Shown: in pieces, positions 43,125 to 53,343 of the stretch
How the letters are laid out: every line of letters starts with the position of its first letter
How positions within the stretch are numbered: position 1 is the stretch's first letter
Source of the DNA: Azospirillum brasilense
GTDB lineage: Bacteria; Pseudomonadota; Alphaproteobacteria; Rickettsiales; UBA3002
Reading direction: 5' to 3'
Length of the DNA: 64,000 nt
NCBI GenBank assembly: GCA_003241645.1
Contig: QFOX01000004.1
Coordinates: 183-64,182 of the forward strand
The notes under the pieces: generated by a model
Told to the model about the DNA's origin: nothing
Seen by the model: only the letters and a program-made list of their open reading frames with translations
Databases searched by the model: none
Made by a program: the position numbers and the translations under genes

Positions 43125-44075
43125 ATGAGCAGTGCCGAACAGACCCAGCGCATGAACGCCGTGCAACGCCAGATCAGCGAGCAGATGGGCCCGTGGCTGG
43201 ATTACCTCGCCACGCATGGCATCGACCGCTCTTATCCGGTCAGCCCCATTAACGAAGCGACGCGCGTCAGCTCTGGCTTCGGCCGCCGCAACGTGCGCGG
43301 CCATGGCGACGGCATGCCGCCGCCGACCCGCAAGCACGAAGCCATCGACATGGTGCCCGCCAGCGGCCGCACCGAGGATGTGGACGTGGTGGCCGTGGTA
43401 TCGGGCCGCGTATTGTATGTGGGCACGCCGGATGCGGCGTCGGGCTTCAGCATCGTCATCGGGGGCGATAACGGCAAAATTTATTCCTACGCGCACCTGG
43501 AAAATGGCAGCGCCGATGTGCGCGTGGGCCAGCGCGTGGGCCGCATGCAGCCCATTGCCACCATGGGCGATACGGGCACGGTCACCTCGGCCTGCGTGCA
43601 TGTGGTGGAGCGGCAGATCCCCTTTGATTATGCCGAAGGGAAACCGGGCGATTTCGACAAATGGTCGTGGCGCAACCGCAGCGGCACGCTGGGCGACCGC
43701 ATTGCGCCCGGTGCCGTGCGCGAAGCACTCACCGATTTCCGCCGCGACCATGACGGGCGCACCGTGAACTTCCTGGATTTCGAACGGGTGCCGCCGCGCC
43801 TGCGCTGGGAAGAGGACCCCAAGAAACACACGATCATTCCGGCCAACACCGAGCGTGACCGCGACCCGCACGCCCATGAAATGCGCCGCCGCGCGCAGGC
43901 GGCACGCCCGGCCACCCCGGCCCCCGCGAAGGCCGAGCCCGAGCAAAGCTGGGGCTCGCAGGCGCTGGAAACGCTCAACGGTGCCCTCTGCACGGTCAGC
44001 TTCGGCTGGGTCGGCAGTTGCGAGGCCCCGGCTGCCCCGGCACCCGCCCGGCCAAACCCCCCGCGCCAGCGCTAG
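43125..44075 (+). CDS. M23/LytM-like peptidase-domain protein without a signal peptide, Pro/Ala-rich C-terminus
   Basis: VSSGFGRR...HEAIDM (HxxxD)...VSGRVLYVG...YSYAHLENGSADVRVGQRVGRMQPIATMGDTG. The HxH motif reads CVH. Confidence 0.65.
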   Translation: MSSAEQTQRMNAVQRQISEQMGPWLDYLATHGIDRSYPVSPINEATRVSSGFGRRNVRGHGDGMPPPTRKHEAIDMVPASGRTEDVDVVAVVSGRVLYVGTPDAASGFSIVIGGDNGKIYSYAHLENGSADVRVGQRVGRMQPIATMGDTGTVTSACVHVVERQIPFDYAEGKPGDFDKWSWRNRSGTLGDRIAPGAVREALTDFRRDHDGRTVNFLDFERVPPRLRWEEDPKKHTIIPANTERDRDPHAHEMRRRAQAARPATPAPAKAEPEQSWGSQALETLNGALCTVSFGWVGSCEAPAAPAPARPNPPRQR

Positions 44076-44157
44076 AACCCATCATTTTCCTGCATTGATG
44101 TGACCGGAAGGCGACAGCCATCGGCCTTTTTTCGGTGCATTCCACAGGGTTGGCGAT

Positions 44158-44240
44158 TTGCCCAAAATCCCCCTTGACCGCCCCAAAATTTGCCCGTACT
44201 TTCCCAAGTGTTCCCAAGAAATTCCAAAAACGCCCAAATG
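44158..44240. promoter_or_regulatory. Eight approximately 10-bp-phased CCCAA (TTGGG on the minus strand) repeats; putative MraZ operator array / Pmra region
   Basis: CCC-led units start at 44161, 44171, 44182, 44193, 44203, 44213, 44223 and 44233. A TTGACC-N17-TACTTT promoter-like pair is embedded at 44174-44202. Confidence 0.45.
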
Positions 44241-44429
44241 GCTGTTTTTCGGGGCTTCCGCACAGAAGAACTGAAGAATTTTAATAAGCCTTTGAGTCGT
44301 AATAAATAAAAAACCTTGGGAAAGCAGACGTTCAGTTAATTTTGACTGGGCATCTGGTGGAAACGTCACATGGTCTGGGTTGCCTTTCACGGGGTGATTT
44401 GGGCTTAACCAAGGGTGAGGACGCGTGCC

Positions 44430-44897
44430 ATGGCACTGTTCCTGTCGACATTTGAAAAGCAGATCGACAAGAAGGGTCGGGTTTCCGTGCCCCCGTCGTT
44501 CCGTGCTGTCCTCGCCGCGCAGAATTTTAATGGCATGGTCGCCTACCAGTCGTTCGTGCATCCCTGCATCGAGGCCTGCGGCATGGAGCGTCTGGAAAAG
44601 CTCTATGCACGCATCGAAACGCTGGACCCGTTCTCGGAAGAGCATGATGCCTTCACCACCGCCATTCTGGCCGGTTCGGTGCAGCTGGCGTTCGACGGTG
44701 AGGGGCGCGTGGTGATTCCTGAGGCGCTGCTGAACGCCGCGGGCATTACGGGCAACGGCGTGTTCGTGGGCAAAGGTGCCACGTTCGAGATCTGGGCGCC
44801 GGAAGCCTTCGCCAAACATCAGGCCGCTGCGCGCGAGCTGGCGCTGAAAAAGCGCCTGAGCCTGAAAGCAGAATTGCCAACCGGGGGTGCCGCATGA
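44430..44897 (+). CDS. mraZ: Transcriptional regulator MraZ
   Basis: MALFLSTFEKQIDKKGRVSVPPSFRAVL... and a second SpoVT/AbrB-like half, DGEGRVVIPEALL. Confidence 0.9.
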   Translation: MALFLSTFEKQIDKKGRVSVPPSFRAVLAAQNFNGMVAYQSFVHPCIEACGMERLEKLYARIETLDPFSEEHDAFTTAILAGSVQLAFDGEGRVVIPEALLNAAGITGNGVFVGKGATFEIWAPEAFAKHQAAARELALKKRLSLKAELPTGGAA

Positions 44898-45859
44898 GCG
44901 ATGCGCGCCACATTCCGGTCATGAAGCATGAGATGGTCGCCGCCGTTGCCCCCAAGGCCGGCGAAGTGATCGTGGATGGAACATTCGGTGCCGGCGGCTA
45001 CAGCCGTGCACTGCTGCAGGAAGCCGCCTGCACGGTGATCGCGTTCGACCGCGACCCGCACGTCAAGTTACTTGCCGATGCGCTCGCCCGGGATTTTCCC
45101 GGGCATTTTTTATTCTTTGCGTCGCGCTTCGGTGCGATGCTCGAGGTGCTCCAGCAGGCTGGGGTTGATGCCGTGGATGCGGTGGTGCTGGATATTGGTG
45201 TGTCGAGCATGCAGATCGACGACGCGGAGCGCGGCTTCAGCTTCGCCAAAGAGGCGGCGCTCGACATGCGCATGAGCCAGCAGGGCGTGAGCGCGGCGGA
45301 TGTGGTGAATACCTACCCCGAGGCCGAGCTGGTGCGCATCCTGCGCGACTATGGCGAAGAGCGCGACGCGCGCCGCATCGCCCGCAGCATCGTGAATAAC
45401 CGCGTGCTGGAGCCCATTGCCACCACCAAACAACTGGCAGAGCTGGTGAAGGGTGCAGTGCGTGGCGCGGCAAAAATGAAGATCCACCCCGCCACGCGCA
45501 CCTTCCAGGCGCTGCGCATCGAAGTGAATCAGGAGCTGGCAGAGCTTGAGGCGGCGCTGGTCGCGGCCGAGCGCCTGCTGAAGCCCGGCGGCCGGCTGGT
45601 GGTGATCTCGTTCCACTCGCTGGAAGACCGCATCGTAAAGCAATTCATGGTGTCGCGCAGCGCGCATGCCACCAAAATTTCCCGCCACGACCCGGCAGCC
45701 CTGCTGCCGAACGCCACGTCGCCCACCGCGATCTTCGAACTGACCCCCAACCGTGCCATCGCCCCGACTGAACAAGAGGTGAGCATGAATCCCCGCGCCC
45801 GCTCGGCAAAGCTGCGCTGTGCAACCCGCACCGCGATCCCGCTTTCACATGCCGCGTAA
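44894..45859 (+). CDS. rsmH: 16S rRNA m4C1402 methyltransferase
   Basis: HIPVMKHEMV...VDGTFGAGGYSRALL...DIGVSSMQID...RGFSF...HPATRTFQALRIEVN. Confidence 0.95.
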   Translation: MSDARHIPVMKHEMVAAVAPKAGEVIVDGTFGAGGYSRALLQEAACTVIAFDRDPHVKLLADALARDFPGHFLFFASRFGAMLEVLQQAGVDAVDAVVLDIGVSSMQIDDAERGFSFAKEAALDMRMSQQGVSAADVVNTYPEAELVRILRDYGEERDARRIARSIVNNRVLEPIATTKQLAELVKGAVRGAAKMKIHPATRTFQALRIEVNQELAELEAALVAAERLLKPGGRLVVISFHSLEDRIVKQFMVSRSAHATKISRHDPAALLPNATSPTAIFELTPNRAIAPTEQEVSMNPRARSAKLRCATRTAIPLSHAA

Positions 45860-45870
45860 GGAGTGCGTTT

Positions 45871-46206
45871 ATGAGCTTTCGCCTTTCGACCCTGATTAGT
45901 TGGGTGTGCGTCGCCATCGCGGCGTTTGGTATCTACCTTGTAAAATACACGGTGCAGGACGTGCAGCGCGACGTGGTGGCGCTAAAGACCGAGCTGGCGC
46001 AGGAGCGCGAGTCGCTGCACCTGTTGAACGCTGAATGGGCCTACCTGAACCGCCCGGAACGCCTGCGTGAACTGTCGGACCGCCATCTGGCCCTCGCGCC
46101 GATGGATAGCCGCCAGATCCAGGATGTGGGTGTGCTGCCCGCCGCCATCGATAGCAGCGAAGCCGTGCCGGATGCGCGCGTGATCCAGACCGGGGCGCAG
46201 CAATAA
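45871..46206 (+). CDS. ftsL: Cell division protein FtsL (alphaproteobacterial type)
   Basis: Single TM segment LISWVCVAIAAFGIYLV, then a coiled coil LKTELAQERESLHLLNAEWAYLNRPERL. Positioned between rsmH and ftsI. Confidence 0.85.
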   Translation: MSFRLSTLISWVCVAIAAFGIYLVKYTVQDVQRDVVALKTELAQERESLHLLNAEWAYLNRPERLRELSDRHLALAPMDSRQIQDVGVLPAAIDSSEAVPDARVIQTGAQQ

Positions 46207-48038
46207 TGGCGCCACGTCCGAAATATAAGCGCCCCGCTTCGCGCCCGGCCAGCCGGGTGGTGCAGGGGGAAAGCTCGCAGGTGCGGCAGATGGGCGAGTC
46301 GCGCATCCGCCTGATCTGCATTGCCGCATTCTTCGGACTGAGCTTCACCATGCTGGCGACCCGCCTGCTGGAAGTGAGCCTGATGGGCGGCGGCGACCTG
46401 CCGTTCAAAAAACTGGTGAGCCACCCCGAGCTGCTGATCCAGCGCGAAGACGACGTGGACGTGAGCAAAGTGGCGGCCGATGAGCACATCATCCGCCGTG
46501 AGATCACCGACCGCAACGGCATGGTGCTGGCCACCTCCATTGAAACGGCGTCGCTGGTGGCGAACCCCACCATCATCCGCCACGAGCCGGAAGTGGCGCG
46601 CGGGCTGGCAAAAATTTTCCCTGACCAGTCGTACGATGCGCTGCTGAACAAGCTGAGCCACAAGAAATCGACCTTCCTCTACATCAAGCGGCATTTGACG
46701 CCCGCCGAGCAGGAAGCGGTGAATAACCTCGGCGTGCCCGGCCTGTTCTTTGAGCCGGATACGCGCCGCGTGTACCCCTATGGTGGGCTGTTCGCGCACA
46801 CGCTGGGCTATGTGGGCGTGGACAATCAGGGCCTCGCCGGCATCGAGAAATATTTCGATGCGCAGCTGGAAGACCCGCTGAAGCATGAGCCGCTGCAATT
46901 GTCGCTGGACCTGCGGGTGCAATCCATCGTGCGCGATGAGCTGGCCAAGGCCGTGAAGGAATTCAGCGCCATTGGCGGCACCGGCATCGTCATGGACATT
47001 AAAACCGGCGAGCTGCTGGCGGTGGCGAACCTGCCGGAATTCGACCCCCACCAGCCGGGCAAGGCCAGCGACAATGCGCGCTTCAACCGCGCCACGCTGG
47101 GGGCTTATGAAATGGGCTCCACCTTCAAAAGCTTCACCATGGCCGCCGCGCTGGACTATGGCATCAACAGCATCAGCGATGGGTATGATGCCAGCCAGCC
47201 GCTGCGCATGGCGGGCTTCACCATCACCGATTACCATGGCAAAGGCCGCTGGCTGAGCCTGCCCGAAATTTATGCCTATTCCAGCAATATCGGCACCGCC
47301 AAGGCAGCGCTCGCGATCGGCAAGGAACGCCAGCAGGAATTCCTGCGTGAGCTGGGCATGTTCGAGCCGGTGAAGATGGAAGTGCCCGAGCTGGCCAAGC
47401 CGCAATTGCCGCGCCAGTGGGGCGATCTTGCCACCATGACCGTGTCGTATGGCCATGGTATTTCGGTGTCGCCCATCCACCTTGTGCGGGGCATTGCCGC
47501 CATCGCGGGCGACGGGCGTTTGCACCCTGTCACGCTGGTGAAGGGTGGCACGGCGAACAAGAAGGCCAGCGAGCGCGTGGTCAAAGAATCCACCACCAAG
47601 GACATGCGCGACATGATGCGCCTGGTGGTGGCGCACGGCACCGCAAAGGGCGCGGAAGCGCCGGGCTACAGCGTGGGCGGCAAGACCGGCACGGCCGAGA
47701 AGATCACCGGCCGCGGCTATTCGCAGGATGCGAAGATCGCGCTGTTCACGGGCGTGTTCCCGGTGAACGACCCGAAATACGCCATGCTGGTGATGGTGGA
47801 TGAACCGCACGGCACCAAGGCCAGCTACGGCTACGCGACCGGCGGCTGGGTGAGCGCGCCCGTGGTAGGTCGCGTGGTGCAGCGCATGGCGCCGATGATG
47901 GGCATGAAGCCGAACTTCATGGAAACCAACGCGCGGGTGGACGCGATGTGGGCAAGCGCCGAAGCGCGCGCCAAGGAAGCCGAAACCCGCCGCCTGCAAC
48001 GCCTGCATCAGGGAGCGATCCGTGCCGCTTCTTTCTGA
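46206..48038 (+). CDS. ftsI: Peptidoglycan D,D-transpeptidase FtsI (PBP3)
   Basis: GSTFKSF (SxxK), YSSNIG (SxN) and GKTGTAEK (KTG) motifs. Confidence 0.95.
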   Translation: MAPRPKYKRPASRPASRVVQGESSQVRQMGESRIRLICIAAFFGLSFTMLATRLLEVSLMGGGDLPFKKLVSHPELLIQREDDVDVSKVAADEHIIRREITDRNGMVLATSIETASLVANPTIIRHEPEVARGLAKIFPDQSYDALLNKLSHKKSTFLYIKRHLTPAEQEAVNNLGVPGLFFEPDTRRVYPYGGLFAHTLGYVGVDNQGLAGIEKYFDAQLEDPLKHEPLQLSLDLRVQSIVRDELAKAVKEFSAIGGTGIVMDIKTGELLAVANLPEFDPHQPGKASDNARFNRATLGAYEMGSTFKSFTMAAALDYGINSISDGYDASQPLRMAGFTITDYHGKGRWLSLPEIYAYSSNIGTAKAALAIGKERQQEFLRELGMFEPVKMEVPELAKPQLPRQWGDLATMTVSYGHGISVSPIHLVRGIAAIAGDGRLHPVTLVKGGTANKKASERVVKESTTKDMRDMMRLVVAHGTAKGAEAPGYSVGGKTGTAEKITGRGYSQDAKIALFTGVFPVNDPKYAMLVMVDEPHGTKASYGYATGGWVSAPVVGRVVQRMAPMMGMKPNFMETNARVDAMWASAEARAKEAETRRLQRLHQGAIRAASF

Positions 48039-49497
48039 TCTGCTGAACCGCGCTGGCCTTAGCGCTGAACTTACCCCCTCGCAGGATGTGCTCATCACCG
48101 CCATCACGGCGGATTCGCGGCAGGTGAAGCCGGGTAGCATCTACGTGGCGGTGCGTGGCGTCACGGTGAACGGTGCCGATTATATTCCCGATGCGATCAG
48201 CCGTGGTGCCAGCGCCGTGGTGGCCGAGCATGGCACGGCCATGGGCGTCGCGACCACGGCACCGCTCATCGCGGTGGCGGATGTGCGCGCCAGCGTGAGC
48301 GCGCTGGCCGATGCGCTCTACCCGCAGCAGCCGGAACATCTCTACGCCGTGACCGGCACCGACGGCAAAACCAGCACCGCCGATTTCCTGCGCCAGCTGG
48401 CCACGCTGCTGGGCCACAAAGCCGCCAGCGTGGGCACGTTGGGCCTACGCTCGCCCGTCGCGCGGTTGAACGAACAGTTCCCCGCCATTAATACGTCGCC
48501 GGAGCCGGTGCTGCTGCGCCGCATTCTCTCCAGCCTCGCGGATGCGGGCGTGACCCATGCCGCCATCGAAGCAAGCTCGCACGGGCTGGACCAGAAACGG
48601 CTGGACGGGCTGCGCTTTACCGCCGCGGCCTTTACCAACCTGACGCGCGACCATCTCGACTACCACGGCACGGTGGAAGCGTATGCGCAGGCGAAAGCGC
48701 GCCTGTTCTCGGCCGTGTTGCCGGTGACGGGCCTTGCCGTGCTGAACCGCGACGATGCGCAGTTCGAGGCGCTCGCCGCCCTTTGCGCGCAGCGCGGCAT
48801 CCGCATGAAAAGCTTCGGCCTGCATGACGCGGCCGACTATCGCATTCTCTCGGTGACGCCGCATGCGGGCGGGCTGGATGCGCAGCTGAACCTGCGTGGC
48901 AAAACCATGGAGGTTTCGCTGCCGCTGTATGGCGCGTTCCAGCTATTCAACATTCTCGCCGCGCTGGCGATGCTGGATGTGAAGCCTGCCGAGCTGGAAG
49001 GCATCGTGCGCACGCACCTGCCGCGCCTGAGCGGTGTGCCGGGTCGGCTTGAGAAAATCGCGGAAGTGAATGGTGCACCGATCTTTGTGGATTACGCGCA
49101 CACCCCCGCGGCGCTCGCCAACATCCTGAAAACGCTGCGCCCGCACACGGCGGCAAAACTGCGCGTGGTGTTCGGCGCGGGCGGCGACCGCGATACGGGC
49201 AAGCGCCCCGAGATGGGCCGCGCTGCGACAGAATATGCAGATGACGTCACCATCACCGACGATAATCCGCGCAGCGAGGACCCCGCCGCCATTCGCGCCG
49301 CCATCGCGGCGGCGGCACCGGGCGCTGAAACCATAGCAGACCGTGCGGTGGCCATCCGTGCGGCGATCAAGAAACTACAGCCCGGCGACGTTCTGGTCGT
49401 GGCCGGGAAAGGCCATGAAACCACCCAGACCATCGGCAGCGACATCATTCACTTCAGCGATGCAGAACACATCAGAGAGGCAGTCGGTTCCCGATGA
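48022..49497 (+). CDS. murE: UDP-MurNAc-tripeptide synthetase (meso-DAP adding)
   Basis: ADSRQVKPGSIYVAVRG, VTGTDGKTST, DNPRSEDP. Confidence 0.95.
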   Translation: MPLLSDLLNRAGLSAELTPSQDVLITAITADSRQVKPGSIYVAVRGVTVNGADYIPDAISRGASAVVAEHGTAMGVATTAPLIAVADVRASVSALADALYPQQPEHLYAVTGTDGKTSTADFLRQLATLLGHKAASVGTLGLRSPVARLNEQFPAINTSPEPVLLRRILSSLADAGVTHAAIEASSHGLDQKRLDGLRFTAAAFTNLTRDHLDYHGTVEAYAQAKARLFSAVLPVTGLAVLNRDDAQFEALAALCAQRGIRMKSFGLHDAADYRILSVTPHAGGLDAQLNLRGKTMEVSLPLYGAFQLFNILAALAMLDVKPAELEGIVRTHLPRLSGVPGRLEKIAEVNGAPIFVDYAHTPAALANILKTLRPHTAAKLRVVFGAGGDRDTGKRPEMGRAATEYADDVTITDDNPRSEDPAAIRAAIAAAAPGAETIADRAVAIRAAIKKLQPGDVLVVAGKGHETTQTIGSDIIHFSDAEHIREAVGSR

Positions 49498-50918
49498 CAA
49501 CGAGCTGGAAAGCAGGCGAGATCGCCCGCGCGACCAAAGGTAAAACAACGGGCACGTGGGAAGCGACCAGCGTCAGCATCGACACGCGCACGCTGGAGGC
49601 TGGCGCGCTGTTCGTGGCGCTGCCCGGCACACGGGTGGATGGCCACGCACACGTGGCGGATGCCATTGCCAAAGGCGCCGCTGGCGCACTGGTCAGCCGC
49701 ATGGTGGATGGTGTGGATGCCGATAAACAAGTGCTGGTGGCCGATGTGGAAACCGCATTGCAGGATCTGGGCGTGGCCGCGCGCGCACGCAGCAGTGCCA
49801 CCTTCATTGGGGTGACGGGCAGCGTGGGCAAGACCGGTGCCAAGGAAATGCTGGCCGCCGCACTGGCGCCGCATGGCCGTGTGCATGCCACCAAAGGCAA
49901 CCTCAACAACCATCTCGGTGTGCCGCTGAACCTCGCCAACATGGCGTTGGATTGCGAATTCGCGGTCATTGAAATGGGCATGAACCACGAAGGCGAGATC
50001 GCCCGCCTGTCGCATTGGGTGCGCCCGCATGCCTCGCTGATTACGACGGTGGACGCGGTACATATCGAATATTTCAAGAGCGTGGAAGCGATTGCCGATG
50101 AGAAGGCGAGCATCTTCGATGGCATGGGCGGGCAGGGCATTGCCGTCATCAACGGCGACAACCCCCATGCCGCGCGCATTCGCGCCTATGCCGATGCGAA
50201 GGAGCTGGACCGCGTGCTCAGCTTCGGCACGGCCGATGGCAATGTGTGCCAGATGACGCATTACCAGATCGAGGATATGCATTCGGTGGTGGATGCGATC
50301 ATCGCGGGCACGCCGGTGCAATACCGCATCGGGGCCATTGGCAAGCATTGGGCGCTGATGTCGGTCGCCGTGCTCGGCATGATCGATGCGCTGGGGCTGG
50401 ACATGGCGAAATCCGCCGCCGTGCTGGAATATTTCAGCGAGCCGAAAGGCCGCGGCCAGATCAAGAAACTCGCCGTGAAGGGCGGCCACCTGAAGCTGGT
50501 GGATGATTGCTATAACGCAAGCCCCATCAGCATGAACGGCGCGTTCGAGAAACTCGCGGGCCTGCGCGACGCCGCCATGCACGACGACACGCGCACCGTG
50601 GTGGTGCTGGGCGACATGCTGGAGCTGGGCGAGCACAGCGAAGACATGCATGTGGGGCTGGTGCCGACCCTCATCAACAACCAAATGGGGCTGGTCTTCG
50701 CCGCCGGCACCTTCATGGAAAAAATGTACAACGCCCTGCCGGACGCGATGCGCGGTGCCTACCGCGCGACCAGCACCGAGCTGGCACCCGTGGTGGTGAA
50801 CGCGCTGCGCCCGCATGACCTGGTGCTGGTGAAAGGCTCGCGCGGCAGCCGCATGGATGTGGTGGTGGAAGCCATCGAGGCCAACGCCCGCGAACTGGAG
50901 AGCGCCGATGCTGTATAA
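49494..50918 (+). CDS. murF: UDP-MurNAc-pentapeptide synthetase
   Basis: [38 protein letters not shown]. Confidence 0.95.
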   Translation: MTTSWKAGEIARATKGKTTGTWEATSVSIDTRTLEAGALFVALPGTRVDGHAHVADAIAKGAAGALVSRMVDGVDADKQVLVADVETALQDLGVAARARSSATFIGVTGSVGKTGAKEMLAAALAPHGRVHATKGNLNNHLGVPLNLANMALDCEFAVIEMGMNHEGEIARLSHWVRPHASLITTVDAVHIEYFKSVEAIADEKASIFDGMGGQGIAVINGDNPHAARIRAYADAKELDRVLSFGTADGNVCQMTHYQIEDMHSVVDAIIAGTPVQYRIGAIGKHWALMSVAVLGMIDALGLDMAKSAAVLEYFSEPKGRGQIKKLAVKGGHLKLVDDCYNASPISMNGAFEKLAGLRDAAMHDDTRTVVVLGDMLELGEHSEDMHVGLVPTLINNQMGLVFAAGTFMEKMYNALPDAMRGAYRATSTELAPVVVNALRPHDLVLVKGSRGSRMDVVVEAIEANARELESADAV

Positions 50919-51996
50919 CCTGCTTGCGCCGCTGGCCGAGGATTACACCTTCTTCAACCTGTTCCGCTACCTCACCTTCCGCTCGGGCGGGGCGGTGTTC
51001 ACGGCGCTCATCATCTGCTTCATCGTTGGCCCGCGGCTGATTCGCTGGCTGCGCAAGGTGCAAAATGGCGGCCAGCCCATCCGCGATGACGGGCCGGAAT
51101 CGCACCTGCTGACCAAGAAAGGCACGCCCACCATGGGCGGCCTCATGATGCTGTTCGCAGTGACGGTTTCCACCACGCTGTGGTGCGACGTGAAGAACCC
51201 CTATGTGTGGGTGGCGCTGTTCGTGACGCTGGGCTACGGCCTTATCGGCTTCCTTGATGATTACCTGAAAGTGTCGAAGAAGAATCACAAGGGCCTGTCG
51301 GGGAAGAAGAAACTCGTGGGCCAGTTCGTCATCGCCTTCGCGGCGGCGTATTGGATCACCACCGTCACGCCGGATGGGCTGAACCACCACCTCGCGCTGC
51401 CGTTCTTCAAGAACCTGCTCATCAACCTGGGCTTCCTCTACATTCCATTCGTGATGCTGGTGCTGGTGGGCGCGAGCAACGCCGTGAACCTCACCGACGG
51501 GCTGGACGGGCTGGCCATTGTGCCCATCATGATCGCGGCAGGCTGCTTTGCGCTCATCACCTACCTTGCGGGTAATCTGGTGTTCGCGAATTACCTGCAG
51601 ATCCATTTCGTGCCGGGCACGGGCGAGCTCGCGGTGTTCTGCGCCTCGATGATCGGTGCGGGCCTCGGCTTCCTGTGGTACAACGCCCCGCCAGCGAAAG
51701 TGTTCATGGGCGATACCGGTTCGCTCGCGTTCGGTGGCGCGCTGGGTGCGGTGGCCGTGATGGTGAAGCACGAGATCGTGCTCGGCATCATCGGCGGGTT
51801 GTTCGTGATGGAGGCGCTCTCGGTCATCATTCAGGTGGCAAGCTTCAAGCTCACCGGCAAGCGCGTGTTCCGCATGGCGCCCATTCACCACCATTTCGAA
51901 AAACTCGGCTGGCAGGAATCCACCGTGGTCATCCGGTTCTGGATCATTGCGGTCATCCTTGCGCTCATCGGCCTCAGCACGCTGAAGCTGCGCTAG
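50908..51996 (+). CDS. mraY: Phospho-MurNAc-pentapeptide translocase
   Basis: [25 protein letters not shown]...KKGTPTMGG...[13 protein letters not shown]...[12 protein letters not shown]-type motifs. Confidence 0.97.
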   Translation: MLYNLLAPLAEDYTFFNLFRYLTFRSGGAVFTALIICFIVGPRLIRWLRKVQNGGQPIRDDGPESHLLTKKGTPTMGGLMMLFAVTVSTTLWCDVKNPYVWVALFVTLGYGLIGFLDDYLKVSKKNHKGLSGKKKLVGQFVIAFAAAYWITTVTPDGLNHHLALPFFKNLLINLGFLYIPFVMLVLVGASNAVNLTDGLDGLAIVPIMIAAGCFALITYLAGNLVFANYLQIHFVPGTGELAVFCASMIGAGLGFLWYNAPPAKVFMGDTGSLAFGGALGAVAVMVKHEIVLGIIGGLFVMEALSVIIQVASFKLTGKRVFRMAPIHHHFEKLGWQESTVVIRFWIIAVILALIGLSTLKLR

Positions 51997-53343
51997 ATGA
52001 AGCTGGGCTTCGCAGCGGGCAAAATATACGCCGTGGTGGGCATGGGCAAGACCGGCCGTGCCACCGCCGCGGCCCTGCGCGAAAGCGGTGCCAGTGTGGT
52101 GACGTGGGACGATAAGAACCACGAAGCCGGTGCTCCGCACTTCAGTGACTGGGATTGGGCGACGCTTGATGCCATCGTCATGAGCCCGGGCATTGCATGG
52201 TATTACCCGGCCATGCACCCCATCGCGGCGCTGGCGCAGCAGCATGGCCTGCCGCTGATCGGCGATATTGAGTTACTCTATCTGGCGCAGCCAAAGGCGA
52301 AATACATTGCCATTACCGGCACCAACGGCAAATCGACAACGACGACGCTCATTGCCCATATCCTCGCACAATGCGGCGTGCCCAGCGCGGTGGGCGGCAA
52401 CCTCGGCACCCCGGTGCTGGACCTGCCCGAGCTGGGCGAGGGCGGCACCTACGTGCTGGAGCTTTCCAGCTACCAGCTGGACCTGCTGCACAGCACGCGC
52501 TTCAACGTGGCGGTGTGGCTGAATATCTCGCCCGACCATCTCGACCATCATGGCAGCATGGAGCGCTACGTCGCGGCCAAGCAGCATATTTTCGACCGCC
52601 AGAAAAAGGCCGATGTGGCCGTGCTGGGCGTGGACGATGCGACCAGCGAGCAGGTGGCCAAGGAAATGCGTGCGGCCAAGCAGCAATGCGTGATTCCCAT
52701 TTCCACGCGCAGCAAGCTTGCCTCGGGCATCGAGGTGCGCGACGGCATCCTCACCAACCGTTTCGCGTTGACCGAACCCACCGGCGACCTTCGCAGCATC
52801 AAGGCGCTGCAGGGCGAACATAACTGGCAGAACGCCGCCGCTGCCTATGCCGCGTGCTTTGCGCACGGGCTGGCGCATGACGCCATTATGCAGGCCATGC
52901 AAAGCTACCCCGGGCTGAAGCACCGCATGCAGTGGCTGGGTGAAATTGCGGGCGTGACCTTCGTGAACGATAGCAAGGCCACCAATGCCGACGCGGCCGA
53001 GAAAGCCCTGCGCACCTACGACAATATTTACTGGATCGCCGGGGGCGTGGCGAAGGAAGGTGGCATCGAGCCGCTGCGCGCCTACTTCCCGAAGATCTGC
53101 CGCACCTACCTCATTGGCGAAGCGGCCCCGACCTTTGCGCAAACGCTGAACGGTCAGGACGTGGTGCAGGCAGGAACGCTTGCCGAGGCCTTCGCGCGCG
53201 CCGTGGCGGATGCGCCCGCGGGCAGTGCCATTGTGCTGTCGCCCGCCTGCGCCAGCTTCGACCAGTTCGCGAATTTTGAAGTGCGCGGCGATGCGTTCAT
53301 TGCGTTGGTGGACGCGCATCGTGCGAAGCGGGGGGCAGCATGA
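51997..53343 (+). CDS. murD: UDP-MurNAc-L-Ala--D-Glu ligase
   Basis: AITGTNGKSTTTTLIAHIL...DSKATNADA. Confidence 0.95.
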   Translation: MKLGFAAGKIYAVVGMGKTGRATAAALRESGASVVTWDDKNHEAGAPHFSDWDWATLDAIVMSPGIAWYYPAMHPIAALAQQHGLPLIGDIELLYLAQPKAKYIAITGTNGKSTTTTLIAHILAQCGVPSAVGGNLGTPVLDLPELGEGGTYVLELSSYQLDLLHSTRFNVAVWLNISPDHLDHHGSMERYVAAKQHIFDRQKKADVAVLGVDDATSEQVAKEMRAAKQQCVIPISTRSKLASGIEVRDGILTNRFALTEPTGDLRSIKALQGEHNWQNAAAAYAACFAHGLAHDAIMQAMQSYPGLKHRMQWLGEIAGVTFVNDSKATNADAAEKALRTYDNIYWIAGGVAKEGGIEPLRAYFPKICRTYLIGEAAPTFAQTLNGQDVVQAGTLAEAFARAVADAPAGSAIVLSPACASFDQFANFEVRGDAFIALVDAHRAKRGAA

